This document shows positions 15,315-28,419 of a DNA stretch of 62,000 nt, piece after piece. The DNA lies in NCBI GenBank assembly GCA_013239625.1, contig MU056000.1, positions 10,551,175 through 10,613,174 of the forward strand. Direction: 5' to 3'. Within the stretch, counting starts at the first letter, position 1; every line of letters starts with the position of its first letter. The translations under genes and the position numbers were made by a program. Origin of the DNA: Lama guanicoe (Eukaryota). Under the pieces are notes generated by a model, which was not told the origin of the DNA, searched no databases, and was given only the letters and a program-made list of their open reading frames with translations.

Positions 15315-15764
15315 GTGTCAGCAGGAATTCATTTAAATTACTTTTAATAGTGGAGTAAATGCAATTAATTTGGAAATTTAATTTTTGGTCTTTAGGGAGA
15401 TACTAACAGTTGAACAGCAGATTATTTCCAAAAGGTGGCTGGAAGGCTAGCATGTACAATAGGGAAAAACAGGAAGAAATGGGTGGATATGCTCAGAGAC
15501 TGGAACGGAGAACTGGGAAGGGAGCTTAGAGATCAGTCCACCTCCTGCACTATAGAGAATCATTCCCCCAGATCCCTGACTGGAGGAACTAAGTCAACAT
15601 AGACTACAGGGATTAAGTCTAATTTTCTGCTGAAATTTTTCATGCATTATCTCTGGTAGAATGAAAAAGGAAGGAGAATGGAAACCAGGGCTGGTGCCAA
15701 CCCCAGGGAACTGGACAGAACAGAAAGATAACAGAGGTCTTCTCAGAAGAGCCAACTTCCTAGT

Positions 15765-15850
15765 TCTTTTTTCTCTTTTAACTGAAGTACAGTTGATTTA
15801 CGGTGCTGTGTTAGTTTCTGGTGTACAGCATAGTGATTCAGTTATACACA
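15765..15850 (-). mobile_element. Very short L1 3'-terminal fragment
   Basis: tgaagtacagttgatttac...gtttctggtgtacagcatagtgattcagttata, homologous to 16458-16525. Confidence 0.75.
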
Positions 15851-16290
15851 TGACTTGCTGGTCCTTTTTAAATGTAGGGGAATGACATGTGAGCAGCAGC
15901 CCCTGGTGGCAGAAGCATTTAAGAATAATTCCCGAGTGCTCTCTAGAACCTGGAACCACACGCACACCCAGCCACGTGCACCATGACCCTTTGCCCACCC
16001 ACGAGCTGCGACTTAACAGCCATTTGACATCCAAGCATCTTCATAATAAAGGTCAACACCTCTGATGCTAAATTTAAATTCCTACAACCCCCACTGTAGC
16101 AAGATCATCCATACTTGTATTATGGGAGGTTTCATTTTCTCATTCATGTAACAAGGATTTACCCAAGTCCACATTTAATCTGAGTAATGAGGAAATGCAT
16201 TGCAGAGTAAATGGATGGAAATGAAGCATCAACTGGTTCCGGGGCTCAACTTAAAAGGGGCTCTGAGCAGCTTTGATGGACACACATTTA

Positions 16291-16428
<138 letters not shown>

Positions 16429-16447
16429 TCAGGATTAGTTTATTTCT

Positions 16448-16904
16448 TTTTTTGAAATTGAAGTATAGTTGTTTTTACAACGTTGTGCTAATTTCTGGTG
16501 TACAGCATAGTCATTCAGGTATACATTTATATATATGTATATATATTCATTTTAGGTTATTACAAGGTATTGAATATAGCTCCCTGTGCTATACAGTAGG
16601 ACCTTGTTGTTTGTCTATTTTATATATAGTAGTTTGTATCTGCTAATCCTAAACTCCTAATTTACCCTTTCCCCCCTTTTCCCCTTTGATAGCCATTCAT
16701 TTGTTTTGTGTGTCTATGAGTCTGCTTCTGTTTTGTAAAATGAGTTCATTTGTGTCATTTTTAAGATTCTATATATAAGTGATATCATATGATATTTGTC
16801 TTTCTCTGTCTGACTTACTTTGCTTAGTATGATAATCTCTAGGTCCATTCATGTTGCTGCAAATGGCATTATTTCATTCTTTGTTTATGGCTAAGTAGTA
16901 TTCC

Positions 16905-16941
<37 letters not shown>

Positions 16942-17193
16942 ATATAAAACAACTTCTTTACCCAGTGATCTATCAGTGGACACTGGGTTGCTTCCATGTC
17001 TTGGCTATTGTAAATGCTGCTGCTCTGAACATTGGGGTGCATGTATCTTTCCGAATTAGAGTTTTCTCCAGATATGTGCCCAGGAGTGGGATTGCTGGAT
17101 TGGGTAACTCACCTTTTAGTTTTTTGAAGGATATCCATACTGCTTTCTATAGAGGCTACACCAAATTACATTCCCACTAGCTGTGCAGGAGGG
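16448..17193 (-). mobile_element. 5'-truncated L1 (ORF2 end plus 3'UTR) with 20-bp TSD; contains (TG)n at about 16907-16939
   Basis: L1 motifs ccattcatgttgctgcaaatggc and gcttccatgtcttggctattgtaaa. TSD ttcaggattagtttatttct (16428-16447) / ttcaggattaggttatttct (17194-17213). Confidence 0.92.
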
Positions 17194-17491
17194 TTCAGGA
17201 TTAGGTTATTTCTGGTTGTTATGAGTTCCTGGACATACCTCATCTCCTCCCGGCCTGAGTAGCACAGGTTTGAAAAATCCACAATTGGTAAAATGACTGT
17301 AACTTAGCCTGGTGGCCAGGACCACAGGAGATTTTTAAGAGGAACCAGTGACTGCACAGTATTTATTTGGTACCAGTTATAAGCAGACATGTGTACTGGT
17401 TCGTGTGCCGGGCAGGAGAGCTGGGTGACCCCTCTCTCTGTGGGCAGTGCAAATCACAGCACCTGCATTCTGTATATATGAAGCAATGTTT

Positions 17492-17642
17492 CTAAATTTT
17501 AATTTTAATTTTTTTGGGGGGGGCAATTAGGTTGGTTTGTTTGTTTATTTATTTATTTATTTTAATGGAGGTGCTGGGGATTGAACCCAGGACGTGGTGC
17601 ATGCTAAGCATGTGCTCCACCACTGGGCTATACCCTCTCCCC
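17492..17642 (-). mobile_element. tRNA-Ala-derived SINE (vic-1-like)
   Basis: tRNA-like head on the minus strand. Perfect TSD tgaagcaatgttt (17479-17491 / 17643-17655). Confidence 0.92.
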
Positions 17643-19514
17643 TGAAGCAATGTTTTAATAAGGGCTCTAAATTGGTTCTGAGTTGTGACAGTCATTACAG
17701 GTTCTCGCTGACTGACTGGGGTCCTTCTTTTCAAGTTTGGGCAGAACCCGATCTCACACTTTGTGCCTTTGGGGGAAATGAAGAGGACGGTCCTATAAGG
17801 TTTGTAGACAATGAAAAGCCCAGGGGATGGCAGGTTTGGAGGAGGTTTGAAGTTCAAAGTAGGATGCATTTAAGGATCATCCTTCTAACTTGTACCGGTT
17901 AACCTAGACTGACAGAGATATAGCATTTCACGTGAGCTAAACACAATCAGAGAGTCACGATCTACTCCCCAGGTCTGTGTCAAGACTTTACATGGGAGCT
18001 GCTACATCCACAAGTCCCAAGGTGCGAATGTGAAAAGAAATGCAAAGCGCAGGTAACGTCTGCAAAATGCAGCCTGTGGGCTCTCTGCGGACCAAAAGCC
18101 ATCTGGATGGTAAGCTTTGTGGTTTTCAAATACTCTCTCTCCAGCTAATACATCAGGGCCATGCTGCACTGTGTGTGTATGTGTTTGGGGAGGTGATGTG
18201 TACGTATTACTTTGGTTTTTATTAGCAGTCCCTTCCTGCTGGGCCTTTGGGAGAGCTGACAGATGAAACATGGAAGAAAAGGGAGTGGATCACAAGTGCT
18301 CTGCTGTTATTCTGAGTTTTAGAAACTCTCTCGTGGCAAATAAATACAGAACGGAAGTGGAACATGGAGCACTAAAAAGCCATTTTTTGTCCCAAGTTCC
18401 GTGAATTCACTGTATCACTGTAATTCTACATGTTTCAAGAGTCCCAGAGCAGCCGGGAGCACATGCATTAGTGCAACATCGTGGGCTCTGTCTAGGAAGA
18501 TGGGCTGTCACTCTGGTCGCCTCCTGCAGTTCGCTCACTGCTTTGACAGCACGGTGGTGTCCCCTCCGGCCAGCCAGGGCACCATGGGGAATCTGATTCT
18601 ACACTCCAACCCACTGGCCTTTTTCTTTTTGGAAGATATATGTCAACTACCACAGCCACTACACCTGGTGGCAAGTAAGAAAAAGAAAATCCAGTTACCA
18701 GTGTTTCAGTGGCCAAGTTCTCCACCTAAAGTGATGCCGTGACAATTGACAATCAGAACCTTGGGTCAAAACTAAGGGTTTAATATTTAAGTCTCCCATG
18801 CACAGCAGCGCAAGGCTGTCGGAGAGTCAACGAGCCAGTGCCTGTAACCCAACCCAGATTAAGACTTCTGATAACATTTGAGAGGATGGACCACATACGT
18901 TTCCACCTTGTCTCATTCCTCCAAGGATCTGGGGCTGCTGCCTTACCTCAGTATACATGTCCACTCACCTCGCACGTCTACTGTATATAAAACTTGAGAT
19001 AGGAGGTGGTAAAAAAAAACTTGAACAGATGAACGTATTTTAAAGTCTCCTTCCAAGGCTAATTTAAAATAAGCCCAAAGAAAGGGTTTATTTTCCTGCA
19101 GCATTAGACATTGTTGGAAAAAAATATATTTTTGCTAAGTCTCTTTTATATCTATAGCAGATGAAGAGGAAAAAAGCATTCTCTGAGAACTCTTCAGTGT
19201 CATGAAAAGAATTTAATCTATGGAAGTGAGCCACCCTTAGCTAATCTAGTAAAGCTGGTTATTAAAGTAATAAAATCCTATCTGTATATTTGAGTGATTC
19301 TTATTATAAAAAGCTCTGGGTGCTTATACCACACAAGTGGTAAGTTTATCACAAAGCTATCCTGATCCCTTGATCCTGAATATATCAGAAAAGAATTTAT
19401 ATTTGAATCAAATTTTCAAATGCGCTCTCTTGCCTTCTGCCAGAACTTGGGGCAAATACAGATAATTCTCATAAAATAAACTGAAAAGATGGACTGGTTA
19501 AAAGTCAACAGTCA

Positions 19515-20125
19515 GTTGGAACACTTCTGCACTGCTGGTGGGGATGTAAAATGGTGCAGCTGCTACGGAATTCAGTATGATGGGTCCTCAAAAAATTAAA
19601 AATAGAATTACTATACTTCTGGGCATATACTCAAAAGAATTAAAGCAAGGACTCAAAGAGTTATTTGTGCACTCATGTTCATAGCGGCATTATTCATAAT
19701 AGTCAAAAGGTGGAAGTAACCTAGATGTCCACTGATGGATGAATGATGGGTAAACAAAATGTGGTCTATACATACAGTGCATATTATTCAGCCTTAAAAA
19801 GGGACATTCTGACTCAAGCTGCATACAACACAGATGAACCTTGAAGACATTCTGCAAAGTGAAATAAGCCAGACACAAAACCACAAACACTGTGATTCCA
19901 CAGTGGAGTCAAGTTCACAGAGACAGAGAGGAGAACGGTGGTTGCAGGGGCTGCAGGTGGGGAGTGAGCGTTCAGTGGGGAAGCGCTTCAGTCGGGAAGA
20001 TGCAGACAGCCGTGGGTGGACGGAACACAACAGTGTGCATGTACCTGATGCCACTGAAGTGCGCAACTCATAGTGGTTAAGATGGTAAATTCTATGTTAT
20101 ATGCATGTGACCACAGTTAGAAAGG
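19515..20125 (+). mobile_element. Older L1 (L1MB-like) 3' region
   Basis: ctgctggtgggatgtaaaatggtgcagc, catgttcatagcggcattattcataatagtcaaaaggtggaa, tggttaagatggtaaatt. Confidence 0.85.
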
Positions 20126-20204
20126 AAATGTGGAGGGCAGTGAAGAGAGCCTCAAGCATGTTGATCATTTTTTGGGTGGGGTAAGTGGAGCCATTTCCAC
20201 ATCC

Positions 20205-20603
<399 letters not shown>

Positions 20604-20974
20604 TCAGCCTTATAAGCCTTTTATCCCAAAAGACTAAAAACAATTTTAAATATAATATTTGGGTGTTGTTTGGTAGAAAAATTAGAAAATTTAAACGAGC
20701 AAAAAGAAGAAAATCCTCTACAACCTCATTCATTTCTCTACCGAGAAGGGGTTAACACTCCGGGTTCTAGTTGCCCAGTTGTTTTATGGGTGCATGTGGT
20801 GGGGTATCCATGGGTGTTTTAACATAAAAACGGGGTCGGGCTGCATTTGCAGTCTTTTGTAAACCATGAACACCTTTCCAGAATATGCTTCTACATTTGA
20901 GTGGACACCCTGAGTTCCTCTTTGTAGGTTTCCTTAGTAGGGCTTAGTCGTCCCCTATTGTTGTACGTTTAGGT

Positions 20975-21385
20975 TGACCTCACAAGTCATTTGTTGAGTC
21001 CTCGCCCCCTGTACCTCAGAACGTGACCCTCCTCGGCAGCGGGGTCATTGAAGGTACAGGTAGTTAAGAAGGGGTCACACTGGGGTAGAGCGGTTTCCCA
21101 ACCCAACGCGATGTCCTTCTAAAAGGGGAGACTTAGACCCGGAGACAGACGTGCTCACAGGGAAGCCCACGAGCACATGAAGGCAGGGGTTGTGGAGATG
21201 CCTCCCAAGCCAAGGGACCACCAGGAGCTGGAGACAGGCCTGGGGCAGGTCCCCTCCTCGGCCTCAGAAGGAGCCGACCCGGCCACCCCCTCCATCTTCC
21301 GGCCTCCGCACTGTGAGACAACACATTTCTGGGATTTGAGCTCCCCTGGCCTTAGTGCTGTGTTAAGACAGCCCCAGCAAACTCC
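20975..21385 (+). mobile_element. MLT1-family (ERVL-MaLR) solo LTR
   Basis: gtacctcagaacgtgacc, gtccttctaaaagggga, caagccaaggga, gcctcagaaggagcc, ctgtgagacaa, cagccccagcaaact. Confidence 0.85.
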
Positions 21386-21411
21386 TTCAGGCGGCTTCTG
21401 AGAAAAGGAGG

Positions 21412-21870
21412 TGTGGGGCCGACTGGCGTCCAGCCAAGTCCACAAGCCCCGCTCCTGGGCTCTCAGACGTCTGCCTGCGATCCCTCAACAGATAAAGCAC
21501 GTCCTCTCCTGGGCGTGTGGCCCTAACAAACTACTAGCCCCAGGTTGCGCCTAATCTCACGAAGGTTCAGGCTGGCGTGTCTCAGCCCGCCTTATCAGAG
21601 TCGTAAACCCCACCGCCCTTCACGGCCCGAAACCTCTTACCTCACCTACAACCAGTCAGAGACTTGTGCTCAAGCTGATCAGGCACCTCGTGACCCCACC
21701 ATATAAAGGCCCCCCACAACCGGCCCTCGGCGCTCACACAGGCACCTCTCGCCCGTGGCCCACTGTGGTGCATGCCAGCATGACCTAATAAACTCCTCTT
21801 CTATTCTCATCCTTTGCCTTTGGTAAACTCTTTCACTGCTTGTGACGCCGGCCCGCCTTGTCCCCTGACA
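21412..21870 (+). mobile_element. ERV solo LTR (459 bp, family not identified)
   Basis: TG...CA termini, flanking ggagg/ggaga (5-bp TSD, 1 mismatch), TATAAA at 21702-21707 and AATAAA at 21787-21792, in U3-R-U5 order. Confidence 0.75.
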
Positions 21871-21898
21871 GGAGAGACTCTGGGGCAGGGGCAGGGAA

Positions 21899-21951
21899 AG
21901 AAGGGACACGTGAATTTGAGCAGCTGAGAAGGGACACGTGAATTTGAGCAG
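21899..21951. repeat. Perfect 25-bp direct repeat, period 28 (agaagggacacgtgaatttgagcag)
   Basis: Copies at 21899-21923 and 21927-21951. Confidence 0.95.
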
Positions 21952-23454
21952 GGCGGGCAGTCTGCTTGGGCGGCCTGAGCGTACCGAGATCGCTGTGAGG
22001 AAGCGCCTCTACTTCTGTAAATATACCTCAATATACCAACATCAAAAAGAGCGCTTCTATGCAGAATAACGAAGAGCAACCATCTATAAAGGTTAAAGGG
22101 TCTGAAGGACTGACTGCTGGGGGATGAGCTCGGCCAAGCCTCTGACTCCCCCAGGATGTGTCGTTCCCGCCCCCGCCCCTGCTTCGCTCCCGGGTACTTT
22201 GGGACCAATGGGCCCCAGGATGCTTTTGCTTCTTTTTACTTCTTGTCCTCTTTTAGTTACTAGAGGAAAACTCTGGAGGCCAAGGAAAGAGGTTGTTTCT
22301 TCTTGTTTTTCCCTCCTTCTCTCTAGCCTCCCCTCTGGTAGAAGAGTCTGATTATAACTATGAGGTTGTTTCCACCTGGTGAGCTGGGAGTGTAAAATCC
22401 CAGAAGCTGTTTTTCATCCATTTTCCCGATGCCTGCCACCCAGTCCTGTGTCCCCGAGCTGCTTCCGAGTGGAGCTGTTGGCCGGGGGTCATTTGTTAAA
22501 AGTGCTTTTGCATAGAGTCCGTAGTTCCCAGGCGAGCTGCCGTAATGACATTTAGTAAATTTCAGCTCCTATAAACTGCCTTCCAAGACTGTTCGGAAAT
22601 AGCTTATATTCCTTATGACAAGTAGAACATTAAAAACGGAAATTAAGCAAGGTTTTTGAACAGATGTAGACGGATTTCGTGGTGTGGCTGCAGCGGGAGG
22701 ACGCTGACTCGGCCTGTTTACAGGTACGCAGCTCTGAGCCGCCCAAACCAGAAACAGGAAGGGCCATTCACATCTCCAAGCTCCTCTGACCTCAGCCCAC
22801 CAGGGGGACGGGCCCTTTCCAGAATCAGCTGTTCTCAAACTTGTCCATCCCATAGATCTTATACTTGTTGCAAAATGCCACAAAATATTAATATCAATCT
22901 GGACAAGTCTCATTACCTATAATTCTCCCCATGAGAATTAAGGAAAAAGCCCTCCTCTCATTTTAGTAACAGGATCATATGTGTTTTCTCAAGACGCAAA
23001 TCTGGCAACTCTTATTCTAACTCAAATTCCTTAATTCCCACGCTGAAAAACCTCACAAGAACTACTGATTGACCTGCTATGTTCTGTTTACTAGGTTTTT
23101 CACAGAGGCAGGTCATCACACCCCTGTGTTTCTAATGTATCCTTTCCAAAATACGTGTGTTTGTATGGCGGACAGGACATATTTAAATCACTCCAACAAA
23201 TATGGTTGTATCAGGCAATGCACCAAGTCACCCAGCTGCAAAGAGGCTGATTACCTGCATGAGGGCTGGGACACATATGAGACACTCATCATTTTAATCT
23301 GCACCCGAGCAATATTTACTTGGAAGATTTGGGGATGGGAGGTACAAACGTTGCCCAGGCCTTGGAGAGATATCGCAGGCCCATGCATAAAGTAAGTAAA
23401 GGTGAAGTTTTAACACAAGAACTTAAATTCTATCTCTATTTTTATCAAGACTCG

Positions 23455-24240
23455 ACACCACTCAGAATGGCCATCATTCAAAAGTCCACAAATGACAAAT
23501 GCTGGAGAGGCTGTGGAGAAAAGGGAATGCTCCTACACTGCTGGTGGGAATGCAGTTTGGTGCAGCCACAGTAGGGGAGATTCCTCAAAAGACTGGGAAT
23601 AGACTTACCATATGACCCAGGAATCCTGCTCCTGGGCTTGTATCCAGAAGGAACCCTACTTCAAAATGACACCTGCACCCCAGTGTTCATAGCAGCACTA
23701 TTTACAATAGCCAATACATGGAAACAGCCTAAATGTCCATCAACAGATGACTGGATGAAAAAGAAGTGGTATATTTATACAATGGAATACTACTCAGCCA
23801 TAAGAAATGACAACATAACACCATTTGCAGCAACATGGATGTCCCTGGAGAATGTCATTCTAAGTGAAATAAGTCAGAAAGAGAAAGAAAAATACCATAT
23901 GAGATCGCTCATATGTGGAATCTAAAAGAAAAAAAAGAACATAAATACAAAACAGAAACAGACTCATAGACATAGAATACAAACTTGCGGTTGCCAGGGG
24001 GAGGGGGGGTGGGAAGGGAGAGACTGGGATTTCAAAATGTAGAATAGATAAACAAGATTGTACTGTATAGCACAGGGAAATATATACAAGATCTTGTGGT
24101 AGCTCACAGAGAAAAAAAATGTGACAATGAATATATGTATGTTCATGTATAACTGAAAAATTGTGCTCTACACTGGAATTTGACACAACATCGTAAAATA
24201 ACTATAACTCAATAAAATAATGTTAAAAAAAAGAAAGAAA
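23455..24240 (+). mobile_element. Young L1 3' end (ORF2 C-terminus plus 3'UTR and A tail)
   Basis: ORF-track peptides ...[29 protein letters not shown] and CTPVFIAALFTIA.TWKQPKCPS are the L1 ORF2 C-terminal cysteine-rich region. Highly similar to the copies at 40111 and 46232. Confidence 0.95.
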
Positions 24241-24444
24241 TGTAAGTAGCTGTTTTCAGTATGACGAAGACGTGCAAATGGGTTTTAGTGTCTGGCATGG
24301 GTGACACGTAAAGGGGAGGGCATTTACTGGGGCAGGAAAGTGACGTAGGAAAGGGTGGGGGGTGATGAGAGAACAGCACCCCATCTGGAGCCTGTGGTCA
24401 AGGTTACGGGAAACAAAGAATGGGCAAGATCTGAGTATAAAAAC

Positions 24445-24498
24445 ACTTACAGACTAACACAGCACTGTCAATCAATTATATCTGAATAAAAAAAAAAA
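24445..24498 (+). mobile_element. Very short L1 3'-terminal fragment
   Basis: actaacacagcactgtcaatcaattatatctgaataaaaaaaa. Confidence 0.55.
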
Positions 24499-26164
24499 GC
24501 TAACAGACTCACTAAGAAAGAAGAAGGAAGGAGAGCAAAGATGCCTGATGCAGCGGACAGCAGAAGGTGAGAGAGGAATTAAAGAGTTACGCAGAAAATT
24601 GGAATGAGGCCAGCAAACTGAAGGAGGAAAAATCATTATCATTTAACTTGTAAGTGTTTGAAAAAAATTGACACATGCTTCCTTAGCAATTGCAGAAAGA
24701 ATCTGTTTGGTGGAAGAAAATCACTAAAATTGTAAAAATATCAACAGTGATAAAAGCGATTGTTAGATATATCTGGGATACAGAACAATTTTGGTTCAAA
24801 TGTAAGATTTTATGATTCCATTTTAAATTGAAAATCTTAGATTTAACTTGGAAAATGACATTGATTTTTATTTCAATGACCAAATGTTCTTCCCAACAGT
24901 GTCAATTACCCAGTACACTCAACTTTTCCTTAATTACTGGCAGCTAGTAATTAGCTGTTAGTCCCAAAGTCTCATCCAAGCATGACTAAAACAGTGAATG
25001 TTAGTTTTATTTAGAAGTTAAAAAAAGAAAAAACCAACCAAAAACCTAGTAACATAAAGGAACTAACTTATCTTTCTTTTTAGGCAAAAATTTATTTAGA
25101 CCCATTAATTTCACATATGGAATTTTCTCAAATACATAAAACATCTTTGAAAATGGTCCAGATCAAATCTAGCTGCAGAAGTTTCTTCAAACCTCAGCTG
25201 ATGAGTTAGCATTCAGGGCGTCAGCTGAGGGAAAGCAAGGTATCTCCTCTCTACCCCATGCCCTGAAGCTCTGAGCCCAAATGCAATGATCAATAGTGAC
25301 CCTTTGGCTGAATATCTGGCCCACAAGAAGCATCCTCTCTTCCACACGGTCCTCAGCACAAAATTCTATGCTGCATTAAAAAGGAAAACCACCAAGGCCT
25401 CACTCCATTTACTTTCAGATTCAGTCATAGGAGTAAACATTAGCAGACACTTGGGTTCACCGGAAATGGCCTGGGTTTATCTCCTGGCTCTTCATTCAAC
25501 CCTAACATCCATGGTTCTCCTACAGTGGGTTTGTGAAGTGTTCACAGGCTTCATGCAACTGCCTCCAATAGGTGTGTATTCAATTTTTATGCCAGGTAAC
25601 CTGACCTATTTTAAAGTCAAGAGGTTCTGAAATCATGCCCTTATGGGTTTTATCACTCAATAGAAGGCAGAAGTAGAACTCCAGCTCTAAAGGAAGGTGC
25701 TTTTCCAGGTCTTGGTGAACCTGTAGGCCAGTCACTGTGTGTGTGTCATACAATGTTCTCATTGTTTCATGGAAAGAATGTCATGCCAAGAGTATTTAGT
25801 CTTGTCTTGGAATAGAAGAATGAAGTCCTGAAATGAGATAATTTTAATACATAAAACAACCTTTGTTTCCACAGCTGATGCACATTAATCCTAACAATCA
25901 TTCTATTTTTATTCTTAAGATTAAGTGAGTCTCTATAGTAATGTCTGTCTCTAGCAAAAGCATGTGCCATTTTTTTAGTGGTGATGAGTTTTAATAACAC
26001 TAATATATAATTTTCTTTCTTCCTTTCTTTCTTCTCTTTCTTTCTCCCCACCCCTCCTTTCTCTAATCTTATGTAGCTTTATTTGTAGCTTAAAAAAAAT
26101 CTGCTTCTCCCCAATAGACCAAAAGTGCCTTGAGGTTGGATCCATGTTTTGCTTTGATTTGTTT

Positions 26165-26240
26165 CTTTTTTTCAATTGAAGTATAGTCGGATACAGTGTG
26201 TCAATTTCTGGTATACAGCATAATGTCCCAGTCATGCATA
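26165..26240 (-). mobile_element. Very short L1 3'-terminal fragment, followed by a TA-rich simple repeat to about 26300
   Basis: ttgaagtatagtc...gtgtcaatttctggtatacagcata. Confidence 0.75.
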
Positions 26241-26510
26241 CACTAATACATAATATTACATATTATTTTATATATATATATACACACATATATGTATATA
26301 CCGTCGTCTGACACAGGATTTGGGAACCAAAGACACAAAACTACAGCTTCCCAGAGAAAACACATTTTCTTTTCTTGCCCTAGAAGCCAAATTCCATTCC
26401 TTCCATCCCTTGAAATTTTTGGGAGAAATATTTAATGATTACAGAAGAGATCACTTATTGCAATAAATACATGTAAAGAAATTAAGAGGAATAAGGAATT
26501 ACCAAAGCTA

Positions 26511-26756
<246 letters not shown>

Positions 26757-27689
26757 CTACGGAGGGAAGAAACACACACACACAGCATTAGAAATGTTGT
26801 CTTGTCTCCAGGGAGTCCCACTTCAACAGTAAAACTCAGCAGATCATGTTTCTATAGAAACGCTAAGCAGCTTACAGGGTAAATCTCACTGTAATTTGAT
26901 AAAAGTTACTATTTTTCATTTTCATCCATATTAGCTTCAGTTTGAAATATCTTCTTGTAGGGGAGATACCTGTCCATTGGGGTTAAAGTAATAGCAAAAA
27001 CTCAATAAGCACTTTATGTTAATATCAGAAAACATTTCTAAGAAGTTCTGGGTTAAGAGCTTAACATGTTAAATTTTATTTGCAGGCTACATTTACACAA
27101 CAGCAACAGGCATCCTGGAAATGAGTCAACCACTTTATACGGAGTGGGTGATGGCTTCTTTTCTTCCTTTAAGGAAGGGGTGTGTGTTTGTGTGAGAGGG
27201 AGAGAGAGAGAGAAATACTGTGTGTGTATTATATATGTATCCCTTGTAGCACAGAGTAAGTTCTGCACTATGAAAATAGGTATTGAAGGAATTTGCTATA
27301 CCATCAAATGATGCTATTCACCTGATTCTACTGTGTTTTAATTTGATCTATATTCCTGATCTCTGTGCAGACAAATAGGAAAACCTTGAAACCAAACACA
27401 CTGTTTTGGGATAATTCTTGCTGGAGAAGATGCAGTTGTAGAACATTCTATTTGAACCACCCTCCATGAGGGGTCGGCCCTCTGAGGTCCTGGCGGCTTG
27501 TCAGGATGGCATTTCCAAATGAACTTGCCCACCTACTGGACGTATAAATTAGACTGGAGATGGTGGGAATGGATGTCCAGGTGGAAAGAACTTTATTTTT
27601 AAAATGTCGCCAGAACATTGACTCTGTGTTTGGGAACAGGCCACTGACTGAGAAGGAGAGTCAGCTTTCTGTACAGTCCTACACTTTTC

Positions 27690-27950
27690 AACATAGACTT
27701 AATTTTTTAGATTAGTTTTAGGTTCACAGCAAAATGGAGCAGAAAGTACAGAGTCGCCATAGTCCCTCTCCCCCAAAGCCCACACCACATCCCCACCATC
27801 AACATCCCATCCCATACCTCTATTACAACTGATGAACCTACAATGACACGTCATTATCACTCAGAGTCCATGGTTTATATTAGGGGTCACTCTAGGTGTT
27901 GTACATTCTGGGGGTTTTGACAAACGTTCTATAATGATGCTTATCCACCA
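27690..27950 (-). mobile_element. Older L1M 3'UTR fragment
   Basis: gttttaggttcacagcaaaatggagcagaaagtacagag, gatgaacctacaatgacacgtcattatcac, agtccatggtttatattaggg. Confidence 0.8.
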
Positions 27951-28419
27951 CTCTGTAGTTGAACATTCTATGCAAAACACTGTTAGCAAAAAGAATGTAT
28001 CTATAGGAAGATACAACATGTAAAATCACTTTAGAAAAATCTAGGATAAAAATAAATGATAGCTGTAGGAATTCAGTATCATTCCTCTGCTAAAGTGGTA
28101 TCATACAAAGTAGTTTTTGCTAATTGTTTCCAATTATATCTCTTATTCTCTTTTCCTTTTTCCAATCATAACTGTAAAAATTTCCATAAGAAACTTCTCA
28201 GCCTTTGCAGAGCATTCCTGCCATGACGCCTTCCTGAAGAACAAATTTTCCTTCTACCAAAGCTGATCTAATGCTTTAACACCCTAAAGCAAAATAAAAA
28301 CCATCAAGCTCTTTGATAGTAAATCTTGTGTTCAAAAGGTGTATCAAGTCAGAGGACTCCTGCTATGTGTCAAAACCTATCACTTGATAATCTTCCAGAT
28401 TAATTTCCTTCTGGACTTC

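Noticed and set aside
21899..21951. CRISPR-like direct repeat
   Set aside because: Only two copies with a 3-nt spacer, in mammalian intronic DNA with no cas genes.
22797..22810. CTCF-like motif CCACCAGGGGGACG
   Set aside because: It mismatches the conserved C of the GGC core and cannot be supported without a matrix scan or ChIP data.
23320..24186. ORFs with L1 ORF2-like or hydrophobic peptides (also near 40341 and 46760)
   Set aside because: Fragments of 5'-truncated, disrupted L1 copies, not host genes.
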